A stretch of 64,000 nucleotides of DNA from Ignisphaera sp. (GTDB lineage Archaea > Thermoproteota > Thermoprotei_A > Sulfolobales > Ignisphaeraceae). Where the stretch lies: assembly GCA_038821645.1 (NCBI GenBank), contig JAWBDT010000002.1, forward strand, positions 70,368 through 134,367, in the 5' to 3' direction. The position numbers and the translations under genes were made by a program. Shown piece after piece: positions 1 through 10,835 of the stretch; the first letter of the stretch is position 1; each line of letters starts with the position of its first letter. Below the pieces are notes generated by a model that did no database searches, was not told the DNA's origin, and was given only the letters and a program-made list of their open reading frames with translations.

Positions 1-556
1 CTTCTACGTCTTCTATTCCTTTTAGAAATTCTCTCCCAATGTTTAATAGAAATGCATACAGACTAGCTATACATACATGAATTGTGATGTTTGATGCTAA
101 TCCTCCATAGATTATTGCAAGACTTGTCAAGAAAGCTACAATAACATTACCTAAGAGAATAATCTTTTTCAATCGTTGTGAATAGAGATAAGAGAGTACA
201 GATGCAACTAACGCTATTAATGTGTTTAAAAGTGATACTGAAAAAGAGAGTGCTACGCCTATGGCTAGAAGGGCTATAGATACAACATATGCTGTAGTAG
301 CATCTATTAATCCAGAGGGTATAGGTCTCCAGGGTTTATTTAGTTGATCGATATACCTATCGTAGTAATCGTTTATGGCATTGCTTCCGCTACCAATAAG
401 AAATGCTACTGTAAAAAGCTTTATTGTCATTAAAATATCAATATACCTTGGTATACCTAATACATATCCAACAATAGCAGCATAGCCTAAGGCAATCGCA
501 TTACCTATTCTAATAAGTGAGAGCCACGATTTCAACATTTTTAAATGTCTTGACAT
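1..556 (-). CDS. UbiA-family prenyltransferase, digeranylgeranylglyceryl phosphate (DGGGP) synthase; runs off the window start
   Basis: Manual translation: MSRHLKMLKSWLSLIRIGNAIALGYAAIVG...NAINDYYDRYIDQLNKPWRPIPSG (UbiA NDxxDxxxD and RPxxSG motifs), hydrophobic, directly downstream of a geranylgeranyl reductase. Confidence 0.85.
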   Translation of the reverse strand, partial: MSRHLKMLKSWLSLIRIGNAIALGYAAIVGYVLGIPRYIDILMTIKLFTVAFLIGSGSNAINDYYDRYIDQLNKPWRPIPSGLIDATTAYVVSIALLAIGVALSFSVSLLNTLIALVASVLSYLYSQRLKKIILLGNVIVAFLTSLAIIYGGLASNITIHVCIASLYAFLLNIGREFLKGIEDVE

Positions 557-624
557 AACATCTACCTGTTTCATCATGGAAGAGAGTCCTCAATCTTTAT
601 TTCACTTTAATTATTGTGTTTATT

Positions 625-1977
625 TTATATAGATTGGATCCACTTCTTAAACTCACTAAACATCTCTATCTCTTTTGTTCTCCACTTCAAATATTCCGTA
701 GGTGACGAAGGATATGAGAGATACAGTGAATAAGCTTGATCCATGTATTGTTTTAATTTGTAGAGTTTTGATAAGAAAGATGGTTTAGAAACTAGCGATA
801 CAAATGTTTTCAGACGATTAAGTATGGAAACCGATAACTCTCCCTTATAACCGATGTTATATACTTCATCACTAATAACAAGCTTTGACTTAAATATGAA
901 GTTGAAATCATTATTGCTTAGATGTTGAATAAACATTCTAAGAATATCTAGAGAAGCTTGTTTAGCTCCATATAATTTATGGTATTCTATATGATATTCC
1001 CATAAATTATCCATAGTGGGCTCTCCTTTGGATAGAACTTTTGTTATTACTTTTGTCGCTGCATATGCACTAATCATTGCAGACCCTATACCTCCTCCAT
1101 GTACAGGATTAGCTGTAGCTGCAGCGTCACCTATAACAACAAATCCATTCCATACCATACAAGGTATAGGTCTACGTGTAGGCACTAATCCACCTCCTGA
1201 ATGCAATATTCTAGTTATGGATCTTTGTATTCTAGGTCTTATGTATTTATCATAGTTATACTTTGGATTTTGGGTATTATTTTTCCATTGAACGCCTAAA
1301 CCTATATTGTATATACCTCTTCCTTTTGGAAATAACCACCAATAACCTCCAGGAGCTATATCAGTATTAATGTATATGTATGCCATGTCTTCTTCTAAAT
1401 CTCTGATATCACCTTCTATTATCTCTCTGTAGGTAATATTGAAATCTTCTTTAGGTATTGGTTCCGATACCCACCATTCTTTAGGTAGTTTGCTTCTTAC
1501 AGTTGCTGCTACACCTGTAGCATCGATAACAACATTAGCTCTCATAACCTTTGTATTACCTGACCTGTCTTTAACTAAGGCACCCTTAACCCAAGATCCC
1601 TCAATAAGAGGGGTTGTAAAATAATGTTCAAGATATGGTTCAGCACCAGCATTTACAGCCAATGTAAACAATCTATATCCAAATTTTTGTCTATTTAGAG
1701 AATATCCTTTACCATGTACATCTATTATATGTTGTTCATCAGGTGAAACTAACCTTACACCACGATAAACATTAGTTGCTTCATCGTATATCTTGGGTGG
1801 ATCGAGCCCTAATTCTACAAAATGATGTTCACCTACAGCATCCCCACATACTTTATCACCAATACTATTCTCGCTCTTCATGTCCACAAAGGCTACTTTA
1901 AATCCATTCTTAGCTAATGTAAACGATGCGAAAAGCCCTGCAACTCCTGCTCCAATTACAATTACATCATACTTCAT
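625..1977 (-). CDS. Digeranylgeranylglycerophospholipid reductase (geranylgeranyl reductase family)
   Basis: GAGVAG FAD motif, KVCGDA, APGGYWWLFP, GDAA..ANPVHGGG. Confidence 0.9.
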   Translation of the reverse strand: MKYDVIVIGAGVAGLFASFTLAKNGFKVAFVDMKSENSIGDKVCGDAVGEHHFVELGLDPPKIYDEATNVYRGVRLVSPDEQHIIDVHGKGYSLNRQKFGYRLFTLAVNAGAEPYLEHYFTTPLIEGSWVKGALVKDRSGNTKVMRANVVIDATGVAATVRSKLPKEWWVSEPIPKEDFNITYREIIEGDIRDLEEDMAYIYINTDIAPGGYWWLFPKGRGIYNIGLGVQWKNNTQNPKYNYDKYIRPRIQRSITRILHSGGGLVPTRRPIPCMVWNGFVVIGDAAATANPVHGGGIGSAMISAYAATKVITKVLSKGEPTMDNLWEYHIEYHKLYGAKQASLDILRMFIQHLSNNDFNFIFKSKLVISDEVYNIGYKGELSVSILNRLKTFVSLVSKPSFLSKLYKLKQYMDQAYSLYLSYPSSPTEYLKWRTKEIEMFSEFKKWIQSI

Positions 1978-2065
1978 TACTACTCACACTTCAAAATCAT
2001 CTTGTTGATATACACAGTATTTAAGTCTTGTAAAATGTTCTAGTAATTTGTTTTTCAATATGTTC

Positions 2066-3115
2066 TTACGTATATTTTCTAAGGATGCAGACAAAATATC
2101 CTTCCATTTTATGTTTATGTGGCCAAATTCTTATGCATTTCCTTACATCATCATAAAATTCTATACTTCTGTATCGATTTATTCCATTTGATCCTATACC
2201 AATATTCGCTTCTTCAATAATAACTTCATCTTTCATAAGATCAATAACTTTAGTAATAACATATTCATTTTCTTCGGGTGCTATACTACATGTTGTATAG
2301 ACTATTCTACCTCCAGGTTTAGTTAAGCTTATTGCAGATTTTAACAACATAATTTCACGAAGTACTAACTTGGCTAAATCTTCTTGCATTGTTTTCTTCT
2401 TTCTTGTTTTATCAAACATTATAGCTCCTTCGGCACTACAAGGAGCATCAAGAAGTACGTAATCGAAATTCGTCTTAATCTTTTTGGGAAGCCGAATTCC
2501 ATTTTCTAGTGTGACTACATATGATTTAAATCCCATTCTAAACATGTTTGATATTAAGGACTTAATTCTATGCTTTGATACATCATTGGCTACAAGCAAT
2601 CCCTCATCTTTCATCAGAACAAGTATATGTATACTTTTGCCTCCTGGTGCAGCACACATATCCAAAACTTTAGAACCTGGTTTAGGATTGAGTAATAGAG
2701 GCGGTATTAATGATGATTGATCCCTATAAACATAGTAAAAACCCTTTAGATATTCATGGAGCGAACCTAAAGAAGGTTTTCTAGTACCTCTTGTTACTAG
2801 AAAACCGTTGTTACACCAATTGATTGGAGTTATAGAATAACCTAGCATCTTCAGTCTCTCAATCAGTATGTCGCATTTGATTCTCAATACATTACACAGA
2901 ATTGCTGGTCTATATTCATAATTTTCAAAAGTATTAAGTAATTCAATTGTTTCTTCAAAATCAATCATATCTATGTATCTCTGTACCATATAAGGCAAAT
3001 AACCATATTTTCTTGCAAGTTCATATGCATTTCTATCTATGCTTTCTATTTTAATTTCTTTTAGGATCTTACTATAAGTTATATCATTACCTTCAGCCGC
3101 GGGTTCTACGTTCAT
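2066..3115 (-). CDS. RsmB/NOP2 family RNA m5C methyltransferase
   Basis: DMCAAPGGKS, LLDAPCS, YTTCSIAPEENE motifs. Confidence 0.92.
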   Translation of the reverse strand: MNVEPAAEGNDITYSKILKEIKIESIDRNAYELARKYGYLPYMVQRYIDMIDFEETIELLNTFENYEYRPAILCNVLRIKCDILIERLKMLGYSITPINWCNNGFLVTRGTRKPSLGSLHEYLKGFYYVYRDQSSLIPPLLLNPKPGSKVLDMCAAPGGKSIHILVLMKDEGLLVANDVSKHRIKSLISNMFRMGFKSYVVTLENGIRLPKKIKTNFDYVLLDAPCSAEGAIMFDKTRKKKTMQEDLAKLVLREIMLLKSAISLTKPGGRIVYTTCSIAPEENEYVITKVIDLMKDEVIIEEANIGIGSNGINRYRSIEFYDDVRKCIRIWPHKHKMEGYFVCILRKYT

Positions 3116-3141
3116 TTTTCACTCCTTGTAAGCTTCATCAT
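3093..3141 (-). ncRNA. C/D box sRNA; predicted guides for tRNA-Thr(UGU) positions 34 and 51
   Basis: Minus strand: ATGATGA (C) agcttacaagga GTGA (D') aaa ATGAACG (C'-like) tagaacccgcgg CTGA (D); two 12-nt guides with canonical spacing. Confidence 0.75.
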
Positions 3142-3237
3142 CCTTACGAAATCTTTTATACTAATAATGTAGTAGGTAAGCCCAAAAGTTTTATTTAAAC
3201 AGAAAAATTAAGGTTACACTTACATAGTAATAATTTA

Positions 3238-4860
3238 TTACCTTAAATTAGTATTTTTTATTAATAGTGCCGTTCTCAAGAAATATGTGTAGATAGGTGA
3301 CGGTTCTAAAGGTTTGCTTCGAAATTCAGGATGAGCCTGAGTACCTATAAAGAAGTTATGAGATTTCAGCTCCATAAACTCTACGATCTCTTCATCACTA
3401 CTTACACCACTAACTATAAATCCATTCTTTTCAAACAACTCAATGTACTTATTGTTGACACCATATCTATGCCTATGTCTTTCTACTATCGTGTCTCTTC
3501 CATAGGCTTCGAAAACTTTTGTTCCCTTTATGAGCTTAATAGTCTTAGAACCCAAACGCATAGTTCCTCCTATGAAATCTATATTACGTTGCATAGGCAG
3601 CAGATCTATGACGGGGTGAGAAGTTGTTGGATTAAGTTCACTGCTATCAGCATCACGTAGATTAAGTACGTTTCTAGCGAATTCAACAATCATTAACTGG
3701 AAACCAAAGCATATACCTAACGTTGGTATGTTATTTTCTCTTAAATATTTTATGGCCTTGATCTTACCTATACTACCTCTTTTACCGAACCCTGGAAGTA
3801 TTATTGCACCATCTACCTTCCCTATAATTTTTTCTACATCATAATTGTCATGATTTTCGAGTTCTGAAGATTCTATCCAATGAAATATCGGTTTTATACC
3901 CAAATATGCAGAAGAATGTTTAATAGCTTCAATTATACTTATATAGCTATCTTGCAACTTAGTATATTTACCTATCATTGCTATACGTAATTTTACATCA
4001 GCTTTCTTAAGTTTTTCCACAAAGTTTAGCCATAACGATATCTCTGGCTCTCTATGCACTAGTTCAAGCCTCTGAGCTATAAGTAATGGAACTCGTTGCA
4101 TATACAATATTAAGGGAACTTCGTATATTGTTTCTACATCATGATTAGATATAACATATTCTTCAGGAACATTGCTGTAAAGAGCTATTTTTCTTCGAGC
4201 TTCATCACTTAATGGTTTCTCACATCTGGCGACGATCATATCTGGTTGTATTCCTATTCTTCGTAACTCTTGAACACTGTGCTGAACAGGTTTTGTTTTT
4301 TGTTCTCCAGTAGTCCTTAAGGTTGGCACAAGTGCTACATGGATGAAAAATGTATTTCTATATCCGTTTTCTAACCTCATTTGTCTTATAGCTTCAAGAA
4401 ATGGCAAACCCTCAATATCACCAACAGTACCACCAATTTCAACGATTGTGATATCAGCAGCTTGTTCTTTAGCCACCTCCATTATTATATTCTTTATTTC
4501 ATTAGTTACATGTGGAATTATCTGGACTGTTGAACCTAAGTATACACCTTTTCTCTCCTTAGTTATAACAGAAAGATACACTTGTCCTGTCGTTATATTG
4601 TTTTTCTTACTGAGATTCTTGCCTAAGAACCTTTCATAATGACCTATATCTAGATCCGTTTCACCTCCATCATCTGTTACAAAAACTTCTCCATGAGCAT
4701 AAGGATTCATAGTTCCAGCATCAACGTTAATGTACGGATCTATCTTTATGGCAGTCACATTATATCCCATAGACTGAAGTAACATAGCTATTGATGCCGA
4801 TGTAACACCTTTACCAATTCCGCTCAAAACACCTCCTGTTATAAAGATGTATTTAGTCAT
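3238..4860 (-). CDS. pyrG: CTP synthase
   Basis: MTKYIFITGGVLSGIGKG, DPYINVDAGTM, GICFG, HPE glutaminase motifs. Confidence 0.97.
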   Translation of the reverse strand: MTKYIFITGGVLSGIGKGVTSASIAMLLQSMGYNVTAIKIDPYINVDAGTMNPYAHGEVFVTDDGGETDLDIGHYERFLGKNLSKKNNITTGQVYLSVITKERKGVYLGSTVQIIPHVTNEIKNIIMEVAKEQAADITIVEIGGTVGDIEGLPFLEAIRQMRLENGYRNTFFIHVALVPTLRTTGEQKTKPVQHSVQELRRIGIQPDMIVARCEKPLSDEARRKIALYSNVPEEYVISNHDVETIYEVPLILYMQRVPLLIAQRLELVHREPEISLWLNFVEKLKKADVKLRIAMIGKYTKLQDSYISIIEAIKHSSAYLGIKPIFHWIESSELENHDNYDVEKIIGKVDGAIILPGFGKRGSIGKIKAIKYLRENNIPTLGICFGFQLMIVEFARNVLNLRDADSSELNPTTSHPVIDLLPMQRNIDFIGGTMRLGSKTIKLIKGTKVFEAYGRDTIVERHRHRYGVNNKYIELFEKNGFIVSGVSSDEEIVEFMELKSHNFFIGTQAHPEFRSKPLEPSPIYTYFLRTALLIKNTNLR

Positions 4861-5313
4861 GATCTCTTACTCTCTGAACCTAAGATAATAGTTACGTTAT
4901 TATGTACACAAATAAAAAGTTAAACTATGTTAAATACTTTAAACAGTATGTTTAATGTACAAACTTAGTGTTATTCAATGATGGTTTAGGGTATCGATAA
5001 CTATTCTTGATGAACTAATATACTCACTATAGATATTAAAAATTTCTTACTTTCTTTTGTTCTTGAGAAACAGTTCATTACAACTAGGTGTGTGTAAATC
5101 AGCAAGGGTGCACTAGATACCTCCACTAGATGCATAGGAATATCCTCTAATTCATTAGAAACAATAACACTCAATGTGAGGTCCTATCAGATCAACCTAT
5201 ACCTAAGTAATCTAAGAATTCAAAGTTCTGTGGGTTATACTCTGGTACTTTTCTCGCTATACTCTAATATGTCGCCCCTTTCTTTATTTACATAACACTT
5301 TTATACAATAATA

Positions 5314-5643
5314 TTGGGAATTCCAATGGAATTATTATTTACAACATTAATAGCTACAACATTTCTTACTTCATCAATAGTTATTCTAGCTTTGAATTTT
5401 AAATTAAGAAATCGTATAGCATTCAAGGACAAAAATGATAAAAGTAATAAAAATAGTAAGAGTATACAGAATGATACATCCAATATCTATAACTCAGTAA
5501 ATAGCGGTTATGCATATACTGTAGATGTAGGCGATTCTCTTGTTGTAGTTGTCGTAGTGAATAAGAGTAACATAGGTTCAAGTTTCTTAAATGTTTTACC
5601 AAGTCCTATAGAGGTAAATACTGAAAACTATAGCAGTGAATAA
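5314..5643 (+). CDS. Hypothetical protein with N-terminal TM helix (ATG start possibly at 5326)
   Basis: 109-aa ORF with hydrophobic N-terminus; no recognised family. Confidence 0.5.
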   Translation: MGIPMELLFTTLIATTFLTSSIVILALNFKLRNRIAFKDKNDKSNKNSKSIQNDTSNIYNSVNSGYAYTVDVGDSLVVVVVVNKSNIGSSFLNVLPSPIEVNTENYSSE

Positions 5644-5645
5644 CT

Positions 5646-6446
5646 TTGAATAGATTGATACAAAATCGTAACATACGTTTATCGTCTACCATGGCATTAA
5701 CAATAACGTTTTACTTACTTATAGAAACGAATGTTTACTTAAAGATCTTTATCATGCTTTTTAGTTACATATATACAAAAATATATAATTCCATTGTTAG
5801 ATTCTTTTCCTTAAATATTGATAAATTAATCGTTTCAAGGATGTTGAAGATATATCTTTTCATAATATCAGTAATATATAATAGCATCTTAATAAAATTG
5901 GTGTATGATATAGGTTTTAGCTTGATTAAAACAAGTATGTTTATGTTTGCATTACCATTAGTTCTACAAGCACTATCTACAAAATTGGATTCTATAGCAT
6001 CCAGAAAATCTATAGCAACAATCGCAGATGCGTCAAGCCTCATGTTATTGTTATTAGTATATGCTGATTACATTTATTTCTTTAGGCTAGAGAAAACGAC
6101 ATCAATAGTTGTATTGTCATTAATAACTCTCTTTACATTCTTGAAAAGATTTCCTCTCCAAGTAACTCTTCCCCCAATTATGGCATATATATTTGTCAAT
6201 TCAGGTAATGTCTCATTTTTAACATTTATGTATGTATTGCATCTATCGTATCTTTATGGATATATGAATTCCTTATCTAGTCCTGATAGTATCTTGCCAC
6301 AACATACATTATCATCGCTTCTCTTAATGTTGTTCTCATTGATTATTTCCCTAATGCTTTTTGTTATTATAGGATTAAAGCCATTATTAGTCATTAATGG
6401 ACTCATCACCGTAATACTGATTATGGTTTTATTGTTATGTTCTTAG
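5646..6446 (+). CDS. Hypothetical multi-pass membrane protein
   Basis: 266-aa ORF in very AT-rich DNA, many hydrophobic segments, abuts the upstream ORF. Confidence 0.55.
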   Translation: MNRLIQNRNIRLSSTMALTITFYLLIETNVYLKIFIMLFSYIYTKIYNSIVRFFSLNIDKLIVSRMLKIYLFIISVIYNSILIKLVYDIGFSLIKTSMFMFALPLVLQALSTKLDSIASRKSIATIADASSLMLLLLVYADYIYFFRLEKTTSIVVLSLITLFTFLKRFPLQVTLPPIMAYIFVNSGNVSFLTFMYVLHLSYLYGYMNSLSSPDSILPQHTLSSLLLMLFSLIISLMLFVIIGLKPLLVINGLITVILIMVLLLCS

Positions 6447-6581
6447 CGATAATAATCATGTTCTACATACTATCAATGTTCGTATAAGATCGTGCATCTA
6501 TATAATACATCACTCTGTGGTATGTTTTAGCTCTGAGAATTAATAAGAAAAATAACATTAGATGATCGTACTGGTTGGAGC

Positions 6582-6827
6582 TCATCTCTTCCACACTATT
6601 TCACCATTCTTTTTCTCTATTCTAATAACTCTGTGAATTGGAATAACTATGAATTCATTGACTTCGTTATCTACGTATATATAGTTATTGTCTACATTTT
6701 TTATACAACTAAATGGTATGTACTTGTATCCAGATGTTGTTGTCCTATCAACTATCACCATCAGAAACTCTTCCAGAGAATCTCTATGTTTCCAAATAAT
6801 CTTATTTATTGCTTCTTTGATTTTCAT
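6582..6827 (-). CDS. DUF504/MJ1316-like RNA repair domain protein
   Basis: IKEAINKIIW...DR...IPIHRVIRI...GEIVWKR signature. Confidence 0.8.
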   Translation of the reverse strand: MKIKEAINKIIWKHRDSLEEFLMVIVDRTTTSGYKYIPFSCIKNVDNNYIYVDNEVNEFIVIPIHRVIRIEKKNGEIVWKR

Positions 6828-7034
6828 GCATAATCTCCTTGATTATTATGTGATGTTAACTGTATCATTTTACATATTTGATCATCTATTCATACTATTC
6901 TACAGGATATAAATGTGTAAATGATTTTGTTAGGTTATATTGGTATATGCGTAATGTATTGATTAGTAGATATAGGTTTACTCATTATAATAGTTATAAT
7001 AGTAACGAATATATTCTTCTCTTAGCTTTAGACC

Positions 7035-9011
7035 TTGGGTATGGAGTTTATGTATAGAGTTGCTAGGATAAATGTTGATAATGGAAGCTATACTATAAAG
7101 GAATATACTATTGGTGAAGTACTAGGTCCTATAGATCTAGGCTTGAAGATACATGAAGAACTTGAATCATGGAAACATGATGTATTCAGTCCCAATAATG
7201 CCTTGATTTTAGGGGCAGGTCCCTTTGCTGGAAGTAAGCTATTTGGATCGCATAGACTTATAGCACTATTTAGAAGTCCTGAAAGTAAAGGAATACATTT
7301 CTCTGCTATGGGTGGAGCAGCCTATAAGTTTATTGGATGTGGAGTTCATGCTGTTTCAATAGAGGGTATGAGTTCAAAGCCCACAATTATTACAATAGAA
7401 GGGAGTACTGAAGGTAATGTAAGGGTTAAGCTAGATTATATTGAGTTAGAGGAGCTTGAAAGAATATACAGAGGTTACGAAGGATACATTGGAGCTTTTG
7501 CATTTGTGCGTTATCTATTAGATAGATATCTAGAGGTTATACGATCAATAAATGCTAGACCAATAGTAGTGGGTCCAGCTGCGTTAAGGACTATATATGG
7601 CGCTATAGTATCTATTGATGTAGATCCTAACAAGAAGCTGTTGATACATGGGAGAGAAGATTATGCTGCTAGAGGTGGTGGAGGTTCCGTTCTAGCTCAA
7701 GCACACAACGTTGTTGCTATAATAGCTGGTGGAGATTGGAAACCTAAGTTACCTGAAGAATTAACTAACATATCTAAATTGAATGAGTTATACAAGAAGA
7801 TTACAGGAACAGATTTCGTCTCTACTGTAAATAAGTCCACAGTAAAGTATCGGTATGATCAATCTATTGGCGCTGGAGGAACTTTTGGTGTAAATTATCC
7901 TCACTATAGGGAACTTCTACCATTATTCAACTATAACACTATGTACACACCTAAACATATAAAGAAAAAATTGGTCGATATAATGCTAGAGAACTTCTGG
8001 TTACCATTTGTTGAAGAAACTTTTATAAAAAGTAAATCTTGGGAAACATGTGGCGAACCCTGTCCTGCAGCATGTAAAAAGATATGGAGAGGTAAGAAAG
8101 TTGACTATGAACCTTTCAACGCTTTAGGACCTTTCATAGGTGTTTTGAGTATAGAACCAGTAGCAAAGGTAGTGGATCTAGGTGATCAACTTGGATATGA
8201 TCTAATAACGTTAGGTCATATTGTTGCATGGCTTCTTGAAGCTGTATACAAAGGACTACTAAAGCCAGAAGAGGTAGGTATCGATGATGTTCCCTCGTTA
8301 GATCCCTCAGCACTAAATATAGACTTGTGGTCAAAGAACATTAAGTTAGCTGAAAAGATTATTTTGAACATGTTAGAGAAGAAAACAGATGTATTAAAAC
8401 TTGTTGCAGAAAAAGGTATTAGAGCTGCAGCTAAGGAATTAGACAACATGTTTAAAGACAGAGTTGAAAAGATTCGTACTAAATTCGAAGATCTTGTGGT
8501 GTATGTACCCTATGGCGAGGATGGATATATGACGCCAACATTTTATTGGTCTCCTGGTGTTGTGCTACCTCTCGTTATTACAGGAAAGTACTTGACTAAT
8601 TATACACCTACATTTGCTGAACCAGAAGAGTTTGCTAAAACAGTAGCAATAAGGATACTAAAGGAGCTAATAATTGAAAATGCAGGATTATGTAGATTCC
8701 ATAGGGGCTGGTTTGAAAAGAATGCATCTGATTTCTATAAACCCTTAGGAATAGATATAGACCTTGATAAATATGCGAATGAGCTATACATTAAGATGGC
8801 TTTATATAACATAAGATCTGGTGCTAAGCCGAGGTATGTTGAAAGCGAGAAAGTTAAAGATATATTCGTAACGCTCGCTCTTGAAACGAACTTCGTTAAC
8901 TGGATATCTAAATTCAACACAGATCGAGAGAACTCTGTAAAAGAATGGTGGTACAGAGCTAGTAAGTATATTATAGAACAGCTTAAACTTCCTCAAGAAT
9001 GGCTTAACTGA
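7035..9011 (+). CDS. gor: Aldehyde:ferredoxin oxidoreductase family W/Mo enzyme, probably glyceraldehyde-3-phosphate:ferredoxin oxidoreductase (GAPOR)
   Basis: SAMGGA, AARGGGGSV, GGTFGVNY, TCGEPCPAACKK, KVDYEP, GLCRFHRGW motifs typical of GAPOR. Confidence 0.8.
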   Translation: MGMEFMYRVARINVDNGSYTIKEYTIGEVLGPIDLGLKIHEELESWKHDVFSPNNALILGAGPFAGSKLFGSHRLIALFRSPESKGIHFSAMGGAAYKFIGCGVHAVSIEGMSSKPTIITIEGSTEGNVRVKLDYIELEELERIYRGYEGYIGAFAFVRYLLDRYLEVIRSINARPIVVGPAALRTIYGAIVSIDVDPNKKLLIHGREDYAARGGGGSVLAQAHNVVAIIAGGDWKPKLPEELTNISKLNELYKKITGTDFVSTVNKSTVKYRYDQSIGAGGTFGVNYPHYRELLPLFNYNTMYTPKHIKKKLVDIMLENFWLPFVEETFIKSKSWETCGEPCPAACKKIWRGKKVDYEPFNALGPFIGVLSIEPVAKVVDLGDQLGYDLITLGHIVAWLLEAVYKGLLKPEEVGIDDVPSLDPSALNIDLWSKNIKLAEKIILNMLEKKTDVLKLVAEKGIRAAAKELDNMFKDRVEKIRTKFEDLVVYVPYGEDGYMTPTFYWSPGVVLPLVITGKYLTNYTPTFAEPEEFAKTVAIRILKELIIENAGLCRFHRGWFEKNASDFYKPLGIDIDLDKYANELYIKMALYNIRSGAKPRYVESEKVKDIFVTLALETNFVNWISKFNTDRENSVKEWWYRASKYIIEQLKLPQEWLN

Positions 9012-9272
9012 TTTACAAACTTACATTAATGCACTTCAATGATCTCTACACAAGTATGGTGTTGTCGATCAAGGTAATCAGTAATATGTATAGCTACTTT
9101 GAATTGAATTATATTAAATTACAAATATCGTGAGACAATTGTACAGTAATGTATTTGAGGTAAACAATATCTCCCATACATTCAGACAATAATCCAGGAT
9201 AAGATTTTGAATGGTTAAGGTAATTATTGCAATACTAAAGAATTTAGGGCAATTATGCCATTCTATAGAGAA

Positions 9273-9674
9273 TTATTCCTGAATATTTTCTTCCGGCGGT
9301 AAGGGTGCTTCTCTCATTCTCTCTTCAACTTCTTCTGCAAGTTCTGAAAGCAATATTTTAATTTCCTTAACCATAGGTTTGGCCAATTTCTTTATACCTC
9401 TATGACCAGGCATATATACAGCTCTAACAATATTTGCTTCCTCAAGTCTTCTCACATGGGTACTGATATTTGCTTTGCTTTGATTAAGTTTTTCAGCTAA
9501 GTCTTCTATTCCTACATCTTCCTTAAATATCAGTCCAAGAATTCTTAATCTTGTCAAAGATGCTAAGGCACTTGCAACCTTCTCTATAAATTCTTCGCCA
9601 GCTACATACATAGTGTCCCCTTCAATCCATATGCCTCGTTTAATCTTCGAAACATTCTTTTCATTTGAACTCAT
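9273..9674 (-). CDS. ArsR-family winged-HTH transcriptional regulator
   Basis: ALASLTRLRIL...LAEKLNQSKANISTHVRRLEEANIV. Confidence 0.85.
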   Translation of the reverse strand: MSSNEKNVSKIKRGIWIEGDTMYVAGEEFIEKVASALASLTRLRILGLIFKEDVGIEDLAEKLNQSKANISTHVRRLEEANIVRAVYMPGHRGIKKLAKPMVKEIKILLSELAEEVEERMREAPLPPEENIQE

Positions 9675-10489
9675 AGTTTATGCCCAAAAACATGCTATAC
9701 TATTCGCTTTATATAGTTTAGGTGTTTATAAAAATTGTATATCTTTTCAACATATTATCAGTAAATACACTAATAATGTACTAAAGTTTGATATTCACAA
9801 AAACAATATATTACTTCATTTGATCTAGATTCATTTCATGATACATGTAAATATGCTTATTTTAGACATGACTAAATCAATCAACTAATAAAAATAAATT
9901 AAGCCTATGTATGATTTTTAATAATTTAAGTTTCCAATAATCTCTACATTACTATAAGTCATGTATCTGCTATATAGACATATAAGAAACATATAGCTAC
10001 CTTAAGATAACAAAGGAATGCAACACAATATCATCCTAGTCTTTAGGTATTATAATTGCTTTAATGTACCTTATGAAACATCATCAACATCAGGTGTTGT
10101 AGATATTTCGATTTTAATTCGATAATATGTATAATTTATATTAAATTCTCTAGATAGAATTATGAAGTTTGTTTAAGTTAAACATATGAAATTATGAAAT
10201 TAAATAATTATGTTCATATTGTGAACATGCTCAAGTTTTCATCACTTCTAGGGTTAGGATGATCTCAGGTAATCACATCTTGAGTGACTCGGAGAGCTCT
10301 GATAGACTTTCAACGCATCATTGGTATTATCTTCATCACCATGTATAAGATACCTATAAACATTTCCATCAATATCAATTAATACAAACAGATATAAAAT
10401 CCGAAATAGTTGCATTAATCTATGTAAGTCTGTCTACAGGTTGCTTGGTTTTCTAGTTACTTGGTAATTCTATGGGTTTCAGAAATCAA

Positions 10490-10630
10490 TACTAAAGCCT
10501 ATAAATGCCCATGTGTTTGGGTAATTAGGAGCTTATGAGCTATTGACGAGGACGAGACTCTATAGATCTCTTTGCTAATAGTTCTGAAGAACAACAACAA
10601 CCCTTGGAGCTTCAGGCGAGGAAACGAAGA
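10490..10630 (+). pseudogene. Possible decayed IS200/IS605 tnpB 3' end and right-end remnant
   Basis: Broken frames YKCP.. / ELMSY* / RTRLYR resemble the TnpB Zn ribbon; followed by aacccttggagcttcaggcgagga, which resembles IS605-type right ends. Confidence 0.3.
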
Positions 10631-10835
10631 TAAGCAAATAAGGCAAATCCGTGTCTAAGGAAAACTAGAAATAATCAAGATAACTAAATAACTAATGTAT
10701 ACAAGTAACCAATGAATCATAACTATATTAGAGATTAGGCGAGATGAATATATATACAAAACTTATTTAAATACTCAGTAATCAGTTACGTAGTTTTTCT
10801 GTTATCAAATTGTTGTTTTCATGACTTAAATAACA

